A stretch of DNA of 64,000 bases, taken from the NCBI GenBank assembly GCA_963790825.1, contig CAWBPM010000002.1, positions 167,159-231,158 on the forward strand, given 5' to 3'. Source of the DNA: Candidatus Levyibacteriota bacterium (GTDB lineage Bacteria; Patescibacteriota; Microgenomatia; Levybacterales; UBA12049). A program made the position numbers and the translations under genes. Shown piece after piece: positions 39,046-47,923 of this stretch. Position 1 is the stretch's first letter. Each line of letters opens with the position of its first letter. The notes beneath the pieces are model-generated. The model worked only from the letters and a program-made list of their open reading frames with translations, was not told the DNA's origin and made no database searches.

Positions 39046-39723
39046 CTAGAAGCGTTTTTTCAATATTTTTTTATCTCTCGATATCCACCACTGATCGTCC
39101 TTTTTAGCGAACCACCAATCATCGGAATTAGTTTGCATAATCGTCTCTGCCAGATCCCGGGCTACCTTTGTTTTTAATCGCTTTATGGCTGAGGGAATCC
39201 AGGTTGCGGCCCGTTTATTTCCGATGTCTACCTCTTCTTTCAAAGATAAAATCCATTCTATGTTGTCTGCATCCTTAGCCAAAATTGCCTCTTTACTAGT
39301 ACGCTCTGCATACGTCTTCAAAGTATCTAAAATATCTTTACCAAACGTCAATGTTTTTGCCAGATCCTTTACTGCCTTATGTTCGTCAGAAACTGTATAT
39401 TTTTGGTGGATGTAGTTCAGATCACTCGTTCTTGCCTCAGCCAAATCGTGAAACAAACACATTTTCATAACAGTTGCAGCGTCTACATTTTTTTCTAAGG
39501 TTGCCAGGACATAACCGATGTAAGTTACGCGATTAATATGTTCCGCGACCGATTGCTCACCGCTGCCTAAGAAATGAAAACCACTTCTTGGAGTTTTGGA
39601 AAGAATACCGACTTCGAAGAGGAAATTAACTATTGCAATACGCGCTTTCTTCACGGCCTCATTATAACACGTTTCTTTTGATTTAAAAGACGAATTACCA
39701 TCTATTGTCTGCTGCTTTTTCAA
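39046..39723 (-). CDS. HD-domain phosphohydrolase (YfbR-like 5'-deoxynucleotidase family)
   Basis: HFLGSGEQSVAEHINRV...LFHDLAEARTSD shows the H...HD...D metal-binding motif order. Confidence 0.6.
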   Translation of the reverse strand: MKKQQTIDGNSSFKSKETCYNEAVKKARIAIVNFLFEVGILSKTPRSGFHFLGSGEQSVAEHINRVTYIGYVLATLEKNVDAATVMKMCLFHDLAEARTSDLNYIHQKYTVSDEHKAVKDLAKTLTFGKDILDTLKTYAERTSKEAILAKDADNIEWILSLKEEVDIGNKRAATWIPSAIKRLKTKVARDLAETIMQTNSDDWWFAKKDDQWWISRDKKILKKRF

Positions 39724-40351
39724 GCGTAGAGAGAATATATTCTACAGTTTGCAAATCAGCAAACGTTACCGATCGCTCTTTTTTATTAACAAATTGTGCC
39801 GAAGTAAAATTAGAGTATTGATCAACTTTTGTTAACATCTCGAAAGACATAAATATAGTCCGATCTCTGGTGTATCGTTTTACCGGACCGGTATAATTAT
39901 CCTGCGGAAGTAGGAATCCTGTTTCCCAATATGAAATGGTAGGATGAGCGGGGTTAACCCGTCGCAGTTCTATATAGTTTATTGGCGCTTTAAGATTAGA
40001 CCCTGTAACTAATTCAGTATCAGGATAAGAAACTAATAAACAAACGGAATTAACTTTAGATTTTTTATTTGCAGGGTCCACTTCCTTAAAATTGTTTTGA
40101 ACAACTGTCAAAGAGAAATCATTTTTACGAACAAATACAGCATTAGGCCATTTTATTTGACGCATAACTGCCCGGAAATACAGCGCGTCAAGAGATTTAG
40201 TCAGACCTTCCTGTCGAAGATCTAAATTCTTCCAGGAGTTTTCGATGAATTTTGCACGTAGTTCCTCTTCCGAAAGAATAGGAAAAGGATTAAACAAGTT
40301 CTCTGACCGATCATTTCTTGTTGTAAATAGCTCTAAGAATGACATAATCAT
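39695..40351 (-). CDS. hypothetical protein, translationally coupled to the HD phosphohydrolase
   Basis: 218-aa ORF whose end overlaps the HD gene's start by 29 nt. Confidence 0.4.
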   Translation of the reverse strand: MIMSFLELFTTRNDRSENLFNPFPILSEEELRAKFIENSWKNLDLRQEGLTKSLDALYFRAVMRQIKWPNAVFVRKNDFSLTVVQNNFKEVDPANKKSKVNSVCLLVSYPDTELVTGSNLKAPINYIELRRVNPAHPTISYWETGFLLPQDNYTGPVKRYTRDRTIFMSFEMLTKVDQYSNFTSAQFVNKKERSVTFADLQTVEYILSTLEKAADNRW

Positions 40352-40762
40352 TATTATACTCTAGGATATTAAACTTGTCAAAAAAGCCCGGCAGCTCGAT
40401 TTGATGAGATAACTTAGGCTATTATTTTAGCAACGCGGATTAAAGCAGGAAAAGGGAGTAGAGGTAATAATCTATTCAGTTTGCTTAGATCCAGGGAAAA
40501 CCCGATGGTACAGTCTGCTAAGAGAAGCACTTAGCGGTACTATAAGTGGGGTTGTTTGCGGCCGATCATTGGAGGGTAATGATATGATTATTTTTTCAGC
40601 TGTTCTTCTGCTTTCTTCTATTGCCAGGGCTTGAAAAGTATGCTTTGATATTTTGCCTGTATAAAACATACTGCGTAAATCCGTTTCTGCATGTTCTCCG
40701 GGAATAATTTCATTTTCTACCACAGACAATATCATAGCAGAGTTATAATTATGATAACAATA

Positions 40763-42121
40763 CTACTTTCGTAGCAAATCGTATTCGTAGGGGAAGTAAA
40801 GAAAAGTTGCCGGAGAATCATCAAGCAGGTATTTTTGGAACTCAGCATAAATAGATTGCCGTTCTTTTCTGTCAGTAGTCTTGCGTCCGTCTTCAAGCAA
40901 TTTATCGATGCGGAGATTTTTATATCTGGTGATATTATTGATCTGTCCTGAATGCCAGAGAGTATATTGATCGGGGTCTTTGGCTAAAATAAAATCCCCC
41001 AAATATATCTGAAAATCATCCGGCCGCATATCAACGACTTCGATTTTTGTCCTTATACCAAGCTTTTTCCAAGAATTGCTAATTAAGACGGCAGTTTTTT
41101 TATATTTTGCAAGAGTTTTTATCCTCAGTAGCGGATATGGAGATTTCCCGCCGATACTTGAAGCGGTAAGAAGATCCTGTGCATGAACATAATCTTGTTT
41201 ACGGGGATCTAGAACAGTTGGATAATACCAGGTGTTGGGAGGATAAGGAAAATATGCACGTTCCCCGTCGGGAAAAGTATCCGGAATTCCGTAGGAAAGT
41301 GTGTCCCTGATTTTTTTATCGGAAAGAACAGGATCCTCAGTATTATAAAAAAGTGTTACAAGTTTGGTCTGGTCCAGATTTTTTATAAAATGAGCATTCG
41401 GATACGAAGTTAAAGATGTATTGTTAAAATTAAGATCGGAAAGACCTATCGCATCGCTGATTTCTCCGAGTCCAAAGGCAATTTTTAAAGCATCATTCGT
41501 CGGATAAAAGATATATTCCTCACTATCGGTTGGATTTTTCAGCGAGCTGATTTTCATAGAGCTGACAAAAACATCATTCAGGTCAATCGTATTAATTTTA
41601 TAGTCTCCGACTCCGATCAAATCCTTTTTAAAGATAGGATGGGAAACCGTAACTAAAAAAGGAGAATAAGCGTCCTTCAGATGAAAGATGACGGTATGCC
41701 GATCAGGCCTGTCTATAACAACGTCGGTAAAATCATAATTAACGTCCTCTGAAGTTAAAAGCTGACCGTCACTAAAGTAAACGTTATCTTTCAAAAAGAA
41801 TTCATAGGTTTTTCCATGATCTTTTATTACCCACGACTTGGCTGCGCCTGGCAATATATCGCCACTTGGCGTTACGGATGTCAAGCCGTAGGAAAGCTTG
41901 CTGACGATAAATGTCGGCAATGTATCGACTTTGTAATTTCCCGTGACTCCGTAAAGAATGGGACGTTTAAAGAAAAAAAAGTGAAGTAAATATTTTGATG
42001 AAGAGAGAAGCAAAATAAAAAATAATAAACCAAAAACAAATGATAACAAAACTACTTTCCACCACTTTACCAGGTATGCTTTCAAGAGCCAGAAAATGAG
42101 TCTGCGTTTCAGAACTATCAT
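40763..42121 (-). CDS. ABC-transporter family-5 (peptide/nickel-type) solute-binding protein homolog, membrane-anchored
   Basis: N-terminal TM helix. GAAKSWVIKDHGKTYEFFLKDNVYFSDGQLLTSEDVNYDF matches the SBP_bac_5 core motif. Confidence 0.5.
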   Translation of the reverse strand: MIVLKRRLIFWLLKAYLVKWWKVVLLSFVFGLLFFILLLSSSKYLLHFFFFKRPILYGVTGNYKVDTLPTFIVSKLSYGLTSVTPSGDILPGAAKSWVIKDHGKTYEFFLKDNVYFSDGQLLTSEDVNYDFTDVVIDRPDRHTVIFHLKDAYSPFLVTVSHPIFKKDLIGVGDYKINTIDLNDVFVSSMKISSLKNPTDSEEYIFYPTNDALKIAFGLGEISDAIGLSDLNFNNTSLTSYPNAHFIKNLDQTKLVTLFYNTEDPVLSDKKIRDTLSYGIPDTFPDGERAYFPYPPNTWYYPTVLDPRKQDYVHAQDLLTASSIGGKSPYPLLRIKTLAKYKKTAVLISNSWKKLGIRTKIEVVDMRPDDFQIYLGDFILAKDPDQYTLWHSGQINNITRYKNLRIDKLLEDGRKTTDRKERQSIYAEFQKYLLDDSPATFLYFPYEYDLLRK

Positions 42122-42144
42122 AGATCTATTATTTTTTTACTAAA

Positions 42145-42360
42145 CTATATATGAGGAAAAAGAAGAGCCATTGAAATGACACCGAGAAGAGTGGCCAAAA
42201 AAACTGTTGCGTAAACTAATAATTTTTCAACATTACGTTTACTGCGATACATTTCTCCGCCTCCACCGAAAGCTGCGGACAATCCGCTACCCTGAGATTG
42301 CATAAGAATAGAACCAATAAGAAGCACGGCTACAATAATTTGTGCAATACTTAAAATCAT
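42145..42360 (-). CDS. secG: preprotein translocase subunit SecG
   Basis: MILSIAQIIVAVLLIGSILMQSQGSGLSAAFGGGG... is the SecG signature. The track ORF extends 12 codons further upstream. Confidence 0.7.
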   Translation of the reverse strand: MILSIAQIIVAVLLIGSILMQSQGSGLSAAFGGGGEMYRSKRNVEKLLVYATVFLATLLGVISMALLFPHI

Positions 42361-42367
42361 ATGCCTA

Positions 42368-43354
42368 TTATATATTTTTACTGACCAGTGATGCAAGTTT
42401 CACTGAATCGTGATACAGGGGGAAAGTTTCATTTATTAAATCTCCTGCGATAAGTTCAGTTGCACCCGGTATCTTCAGTCCTTCGTCCGGCCGGACATAG
42501 GTATATTTAAACTCCGGAGGAATGGGAAGCGAGAAGTTATTATTAACAACTGTTTTATTGAATGGAAAAGTACCCAAATGAGTTGTAATCGCCTGAACAA
42601 AGCAAGAAACCGTATATCCTTTTGTTTCGAAAGGTTTATTTGCGACGTTAACGATAAACATTTTGCATGCGCTGCTTTCCAAAATTGCCTGTTTTATTTT
42701 AGGAATAATTAAAACAGGCAGTATCGTCGTATATAAATCTCCCGGACCCGCGATAATCACATCCGCATCCGCTATCGCCTCAAGTACGCCGCGTGACGGA
42801 GCCGGATCGCGGGGCGTGATCCAGACTTTCTCTAAAACCCGTTTCCCTTTATATTTCCCCAAATCAATATTTTCTTCTCCCTGTACTTCTATTCCGTCGG
42901 TTGTAAGAGCTGACAGGGAAAGTGTATCCGGAGTTGAGGCATAGATATTATGAGACACGTCAAAAATATCTTTCATAAGCTCGATAGCATCCTGCAAGCT
43001 TCCGGTCAGGTCTACTGCAGCTGCCATCATGAGATTACCCAATTTATGTCCGGGAAGCGAGTGATCTTTTCCGTATCTGTCGCCGGGAAAACGATAAGTT
43101 AACATCTTAGGATATAACTCATTTTTATTTTGCGAAAGCGCAGAGATGCAGGACACTATATCGCCGGGAGGAGGGATATTATAGAGCCGTCTGATTCTTC
43201 CGGCAGAACCGCCGTCATCTGCCACGGAAACAACGACTGAAATATTCTTCGTGTGGGTCTGAAGTCCTTTAATCAGGTTTACCGTGCCGATTCCGCCTCC
43301 CAAACAAACAATTTTTTTATCCCGTATAGTCATAGTTCGAAATTTGTTCAGCAT
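42368..43354 (-). CDS. YvcK/CofD-family (UPF0052, gluconeogenesis-factor-like) protein
   Basis: IVCLGGGIGTVNLIKGL...VVSVADDGGSAGRIRRLYNIPPPGDI. Confidence 0.7.
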   Translation of the reverse strand: MLNKFRTMTIRDKKIVCLGGGIGTVNLIKGLQTHTKNISVVVSVADDGGSAGRIRRLYNIPPPGDIVSCISALSQNKNELYPKMLTYRFPGDRYGKDHSLPGHKLGNLMMAAAVDLTGSLQDAIELMKDIFDVSHNIYASTPDTLSLSALTTDGIEVQGEENIDLGKYKGKRVLEKVWITPRDPAPSRGVLEAIADADVIIAGPGDLYTTILPVLIIPKIKQAILESSACKMFIVNVANKPFETKGYTVSCFVQAITTHLGTFPFNKTVVNNNFSLPIPPEFKYTYVRPDEGLKIPGATELIAGDLINETFPLYHDSVKLASLVSKNI

Positions 43355-43406
43355 TCAAGAAAAACTTGAATGCTTCACGATTTTAACAGCTCTAATCTTA
43401 ACTTCT

Positions 43407-43856
43407 TTAGTCCATAATCCAAAGCAGTATAGATATTAGCACTGATAATAGCACAGCTGTGAGCAAAAATGCAGCCAGCATATTAAAAGAAACAGCCGGT
43501 ATAATTATTCCGGCAAGCTTCAGACCGGAAAACCTGAATGCTTTAATCGTAATTTCACTGACAAAGTAGGTAAGCAGGTATAAAATAACCGTATTAATAA
43601 TTATGGAAAATGCTCCCAAAGTTATGATATTAAACGGTAAACTTAATAATTTCAGTACCGGCTTTACAACAAGAATCAAAATCGTCAGCACAATACCTGC
43701 CGTCACAATCGTAAGTAAGCCACCTGCAATACTGACTCCCGGTAAAATTATGGGCAGCAGCCAAAGCGAAAATGAATAAATTATAATTCGCTTGAGCAGA
43801 AACTTTATCATACAATAAACTGTAGTGATTATAGATCTTTTGCTGCTTTTAGGCAA
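43407..43856 (-). CDS. 4-TM membrane protein resembling phage-holin superfamily IV
   Basis: Four hydrophobic helices with an ...ITLGAFSIIINTVILYLL... pattern. The N-terminus is uncertain (the track start is TTG), and the gene abuts the IS481 end. Confidence 0.35.
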   Translation of the reverse strand: MPKSSKRSIITTVYCMIKFLLKRIIIYSFSLWLLPIILPGVSIAGGLLTIVTAGIVLTILILVVKPVLKLLSLPFNIITLGAFSIIINTVILYLLTYFVSEITIKAFRFSGLKLAGIIIPAVSFNMLAAFLLTAVLLSVLISILLWIMD

Positions 43857-43861
43857 TTTTC

Positions 43862-44922
43862 TGTCCTGGCCACCTAGATGCCGTACACTTCTCCTTTCTG
43901 CTGTAGCAGCTTAACATACTCTGCCGGTTTTTGATAGCCAAGAGACCTATGGTATCGCTCATAGTTGTATTTATGGGTGAATAATCGACAATGTTCTCGT
44001 ATCCCTTCAAGTCCTGGAATGAGATCCTGATAATTAAGATACTCATACTCCACTGTTTGATGTAATCTCTCTACTCTCCCGTTTTGCTTTGGACAATGAG
44101 GATCAGTAAAGTAATGGGGAATTCCCCAGCTCTTAATCTCCTTGTGAAAATTAAGAAGATACTCACTACCATTGTCTGTATTAATTGCCTGTATTGGAAA
44201 CGGAAAATATTCCTTTACTCGTTTAATGAAGTCCTGGGCAGATGCAGAGGAAATAGTAGTATAAGCATAAGTGAATGCAAATCGACTCTTGCAGTCAATC
44301 GCTGAAAAGAGAAAGTAACGATCCCCTAAAACAGAAAAGTATTTTGTATCAACTTGTACGAGTGATCCCAGGCTTCCTTCACGGAGCTCTCTGGCTGCTT
44401 TGACTCGAGCAATCATATGATGATGACTTCTTATCCTCTTCTTGTGCTGCGAGTTACGTAACTCCGGATATTTATTCATAACCTTTTGAATTGTGTTATA
44501 TCCTAAGATAATACCCTGTTCTTTTAATTCTGCCTGTATCTCGTATTTTGATTTCTCCTTATCCTTCTCTCGTATCGCACACACGAGATCTTGTACTTTT
44601 TTTGGTGTTGTCATTCTGCGGACGTTCCTCGGACGCCTGGAGCTCGTATCATCTTCTAGTGTCTGTAGTTGTCGTGGATTAAATCGTTTCTTCCAACGGT
44701 AAAAGGTATCCCGAGAAATACCAAAGTATCGACAGGTTAACGAAGCGTTTTTGTCATGAGAAAGATAGTAGTCAAACCAGGCTAATCGTCTCATCCCGTC
44801 TTTTGATAAATTACTGGTTGCTACTTGTATCTTGGGAAATCGTTTATACGCTCGCATGTACGAGCCATTGTACAGTCCTTTCATCAAACTTCAACTGTAC
44901 GGTATGTATCGTGGCCTAGACA
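43862..44922 (-). mobile_element. IS481-family insertion sequence (1061 bp) with imperfect terminal inverted repeats and a 5-bp TTTTC target-site duplication
   Basis: Inverted-repeat left end TGTCCTGGCCACCTAGATGCCGTACAC (43862..) versus the reverse complement of the right end, TGTCTAGGCCACGATACATACCGTACAG (..44922). TTTTC is found at 43857..43861 and 44923..44927. Confidence 0.7.
43874..44887 (-). CDS. IS481-family transposase (rve integrase-core DDE)
   Basis: N-terminal HTH, then the DDE residues LVQVDTKY, AINTDNGSEY and NGRVERLH. Confidence 0.8.
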   Translation of the reverse strand: MMKGLYNGSYMRAYKRFPKIQVATSNLSKDGMRRLAWFDYYLSHDKNASLTCRYFGISRDTFYRWKKRFNPRQLQTLEDDTSSRRPRNVRRMTTPKKVQDLVCAIREKDKEKSKYEIQAELKEQGIILGYNTIQKVMNKYPELRNSQHKKRIRSHHHMIARVKAARELREGSLGSLVQVDTKYFSVLGDRYFLFSAIDCKSRFAFTYAYTTISSASAQDFIKRVKEYFPFPIQAINTDNGSEYLLNFHKEIKSWGIPHYFTDPHCPKQNGRVERLHQTVEYEYLNYQDLIPGLEGIREHCRLFTHKYNYERYHRSLGYQKPAEYVKLLQQKGEVYGI

Positions 44923-44981
44923 TTTTCTCACTAAACTAACTATAGGTTGAACATCTCTTGAGTTCTTGCTATAATTTATAA

Positions 44982-45968
44982 ATGCTTGAGACTGATATAA
45001 GGGATCCGTATCAACAAAAACATAGTCCGGAGCGTAGAAGATTAGCAACTAAACTTTGGGAAATCAGAGGTATTGATCGAAGGAATGGATTTGTTAATGA
45101 TCGTTCAGGGAAAGAATATGAAGAAGAATTCCTCGGTCTTGCAAGTTTTTTTGATTATATTCGAAGTATTCCTGAGAGCAATTTTGTTTTAGATATTGGT
45201 TCTGGTAAAACAATCGGCATAAACGACATTTCCCATTCCTCAGCCAGTAGAGGTTTAACATTTGGAGCAACAAGTTTGGTGCGGCATCCCATGAGTGAGC
45301 AGTACTTAGGATCTGATAATATTCATATTACATCAGCGGAAGTGCTGCGCAGTATCCCGGGTGAGTCAGTTGCCGGTATTCTCGCGTTATATTCAATTGC
45401 CTACAGTATTGCTCCCGGACAGGCAATACAGCAAATCGATAAAAAACTTGTACCAGGAGGGGCATTCAAAGGGAAATTTTCTAAGTTTGACAGCGGTACT
45501 GCTGCTATGTTTGGTCATCCCGAGCTTAAAGATGCTGATAAATTCGTAAAAGCACTGAAAAAATTAGGATATGATATCGCAGTCAGTAATTTTAGAAGTG
45601 GATCTATTGTTCTGGCAATAAAACCCGGGACTACTCCCCCAGTCTCTGCTAATGACCTGCTTCTGGCAGACAAATTTGATTATACCAGCAAAAGAAGAAG
45701 AATTTTTCCTGTTTCTTCTTACCCAACTCTTTCTGATCCAATTCTCGAGCCAGGCTGGCTGTCTCAAATTTCGAATGTTGCGGTACCCCCCGGGGAAGAA
45801 ATCATTTCATCTCTTAGATTTAAGAAACCAATTCAGTACGAGGGAAAAGCTAAAATTAATGCCAGGATTATCCCTTCAGTGAAAATAAATGAGCAGCTGT
45901 TCTTTAAAAAAGACAGTGCTGAAAAATTAAATGAGAAAAAATATATTTTTTACAAAAATGCTTACTGA
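44982..45968 (+). CDS. putative class I SAM-dependent methyltransferase
   Basis: VLDIGSGKTIGIND resembles motif I. Confidence 0.4.
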   Translation: MLETDIRDPYQQKHSPERRRLATKLWEIRGIDRRNGFVNDRSGKEYEEEFLGLASFFDYIRSIPESNFVLDIGSGKTIGINDISHSSASRGLTFGATSLVRHPMSEQYLGSDNIHITSAEVLRSIPGESVAGILALYSIAYSIAPGQAIQQIDKKLVPGGAFKGKFSKFDSGTAAMFGHPELKDADKFVKALKKLGYDIAVSNFRSGSIVLAIKPGTTPPVSANDLLLADKFDYTSKRRRIFPVSSYPTLSDPILEPGWLSQISNVAVPPGEEIISSLRFKKPIQYEGKAKINARIIPSVKINEQLFFKKDSAEKLNEKKYIFYKNAY

Positions 45969-45980
45969 AGTAGCCTATAG

Positions 45981-46721
45981 TTGATAGTTTTTCTTTTTTT
46001 TGCTAAAATATCCATTGTGCTAGAATGTTTCCAACAAAATACTCCGTCGCCTGAACCTGAAATGACAGCTGAAAAATACTGTGGGCATTTACGAGAAATG
46101 GTAGAAAAAGGGCTTCAGGAAAATTTTGCTAGTCTTTCCAGCAACAAGCTTCGTCATTTTGCAGGCAAATTATCTACCGATCCTGCAAAAGTTCACGGGG
46201 ATATCAATGAAGGTTCATTGTCATTTCGCTGCGGGGAATTCTCAGGAGAACTTAGAGATTGTCTTAGTCGCCTGGGATTTAGTACAAACGTTTATGGAAG
46301 TACGTATTATGAAGATAAATCGTATCATGCCTATTTAAAGCCCACAAACGCTCCTTTTGATGTTATTATTGATCCGACGATTGGACAGTATCTTATCGGG
46401 TTTAATCATGTGTTTGTCGGCACAAGACAACAGTTAAGAAATCTTGTTTTGACTCAAAACGAAAATGGAACTCCCTACGCTCTTCGTAGTCTGGGAAAAC
46501 GTAATCCGGAACTATTTTTTAATATCATATGGGGGATTAGTTCAAAACCATATAATTATTTTACGGGCAGAGTCGGAAAAAAGACCGTTCCCTGTGAATA
46601 CCAGGACCATTTACAACTGACAGGAGGTTATAATCGGCAGAGAGTTATTAAAGGATATTTCACTGAAAAAGCTTTTTTTTCTTCTAAGCTAATAACTCCA
46701 GATATGCGGGAAAAGAAATAA
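45981..46721 (+). CDS. hypothetical protein
   Basis: 246-aa ORF with no motif I can name. Confidence 0.4.
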   Translation: MIVFLFFAKISIVLECFQQNTPSPEPEMTAEKYCGHLREMVEKGLQENFASLSSNKLRHFAGKLSTDPAKVHGDINEGSLSFRCGEFSGELRDCLSRLGFSTNVYGSTYYEDKSYHAYLKPTNAPFDVIIDPTIGQYLIGFNHVFVGTRQQLRNLVLTQNENGTPYALRSLGKRNPELFFNIIWGISSKPYNYFTGRVGKKTVPCEYQDHLQLTGGYNRQRVIKGYFTEKAFFSSKLITPDMREKK

Positions 46722-46831
46722 AATATCTTCGCTATAATTAATCAACACGAAGCGCGATATGCTAAAAAGTTCTCTATAACAAGTATAGTCCTATAGTTGA
46801 CTTTGGTTCAATACGCTTCTATAATACCGGA

Positions 46832-47917
46832 ATGGAAAGAAAAACCTCACATCACCTACCTGCTGGGGAAAATAACCCATTAACCAGTGAGGCAGTTGTC
46901 TTAAGTCAAAGAATCAATACTCCTCTCGCTCACTCATTAATTAATTTACATTATAAATATAATGGCTTAGGAGTTAATGAAGAAGATACCTATAGCAAAA
47001 TCGAAGGAGTAAGAACAACATTCCCATTTCAAACGGAAGTTGAAGAGGCATCTTGGAATGATTATATACCTTCGGAAGTTATGGAAACGTACGATGTTTG
47101 TTCCCGGATCATGAATCCTGAAACGATGCCGCAAGCCTGGAAAGATTTATTGAAAGAAGCAGATCAAATGAGAATAGAGAGAGGATCAGATATGCCACTG
47201 GATATCATCAACGGGATTTTTTTCCTTTCTCTGGAAAGTAAACGGTATAAAAAACTTGGGTTGCCTCAGTTTGAACTAGACGGGGAGTTGGGGCCAAAAT
47301 TTAGCAATGAAGCACAAATACGAGAAGCAATTACAGGCGCTGTAAAAGACAGAAAATTACGTGGAGATTTAAGAGATGAACTGGCAATACAAATTCCTGA
47401 TGTTGGACTGTCGGATTTGGATATGCAGGCAGTAAATAAAGTTATAAAAAACCTAGGAGTTGAGGAAAATAATGGGATACTTCTTGATCTGGGGTGCGGT
47501 ATGGGAAACAGAACAGCAAAATGGCATGAAGCAACCGGTGTGAAGACAATCGGTCTCGATAGGGCATACAGAGAAAAATGGTATGGGCCTATTTGGAATG
47601 ATGGACAAAATGAAAACATACGCTTTATGAGAGCAGATTTCATACAAGGTATACCCCTCGCTGATGATGCTATTGATGTGGTCGTTATGGAAGATGTTGT
47701 GGCATATATACTTGAGGATAAATTGGCTGTCGCTATAGGAGAAGTAACACGGATATTGAAACCCGACAGGGGACTATTCTTCGTCGGACCTCAGGAAACA
47801 GACGATAAAAATAGACGTTGGCGAATGTTTAGAAAAGAGCTATCTGATCAAAGTGGTAAACATAGACTCAGCGAATATTCACTAGGCGACGCTGTGCAGG
47901 GATCAGAAAACAAATAA
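46832..47917 (+). CDS. two-domain protein with C-terminal SAM-dependent methyltransferase domain
   Basis: ILLDLGCGMGNRTA (motif I) ... DVVVMEDVV ... LKPDRGLFFV (Methyltransf_11/25-like). Confidence 0.5.
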   Translation: MERKTSHHLPAGENNPLTSEAVVLSQRINTPLAHSLINLHYKYNGLGVNEEDTYSKIEGVRTTFPFQTEVEEASWNDYIPSEVMETYDVCSRIMNPETMPQAWKDLLKEADQMRIERGSDMPLDIINGIFFLSLESKRYKKLGLPQFELDGELGPKFSNEAQIREAITGAVKDRKLRGDLRDELAIQIPDVGLSDLDMQAVNKVIKNLGVEENNGILLDLGCGMGNRTAKWHEATGVKTIGLDRAYREKWYGPIWNDGQNENIRFMRADFIQGIPLADDAIDVVVMEDVVAYILEDKLAVAIGEVTRILKPDRGLFFVGPQETDDKNRRWRMFRKELSDQSGKHRLSEYSLGDAVQGSENK

Positions 47918-47923
47918 AAACTT

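Noticed and set aside
43407-43856. Prophage inferred from the holin-like gene
   Set aside because: No terminase, capsid, tail or lysin genes nearby. The neighbours are secG/yvcK and an IS, so I treat it as a stand-alone membrane protein.
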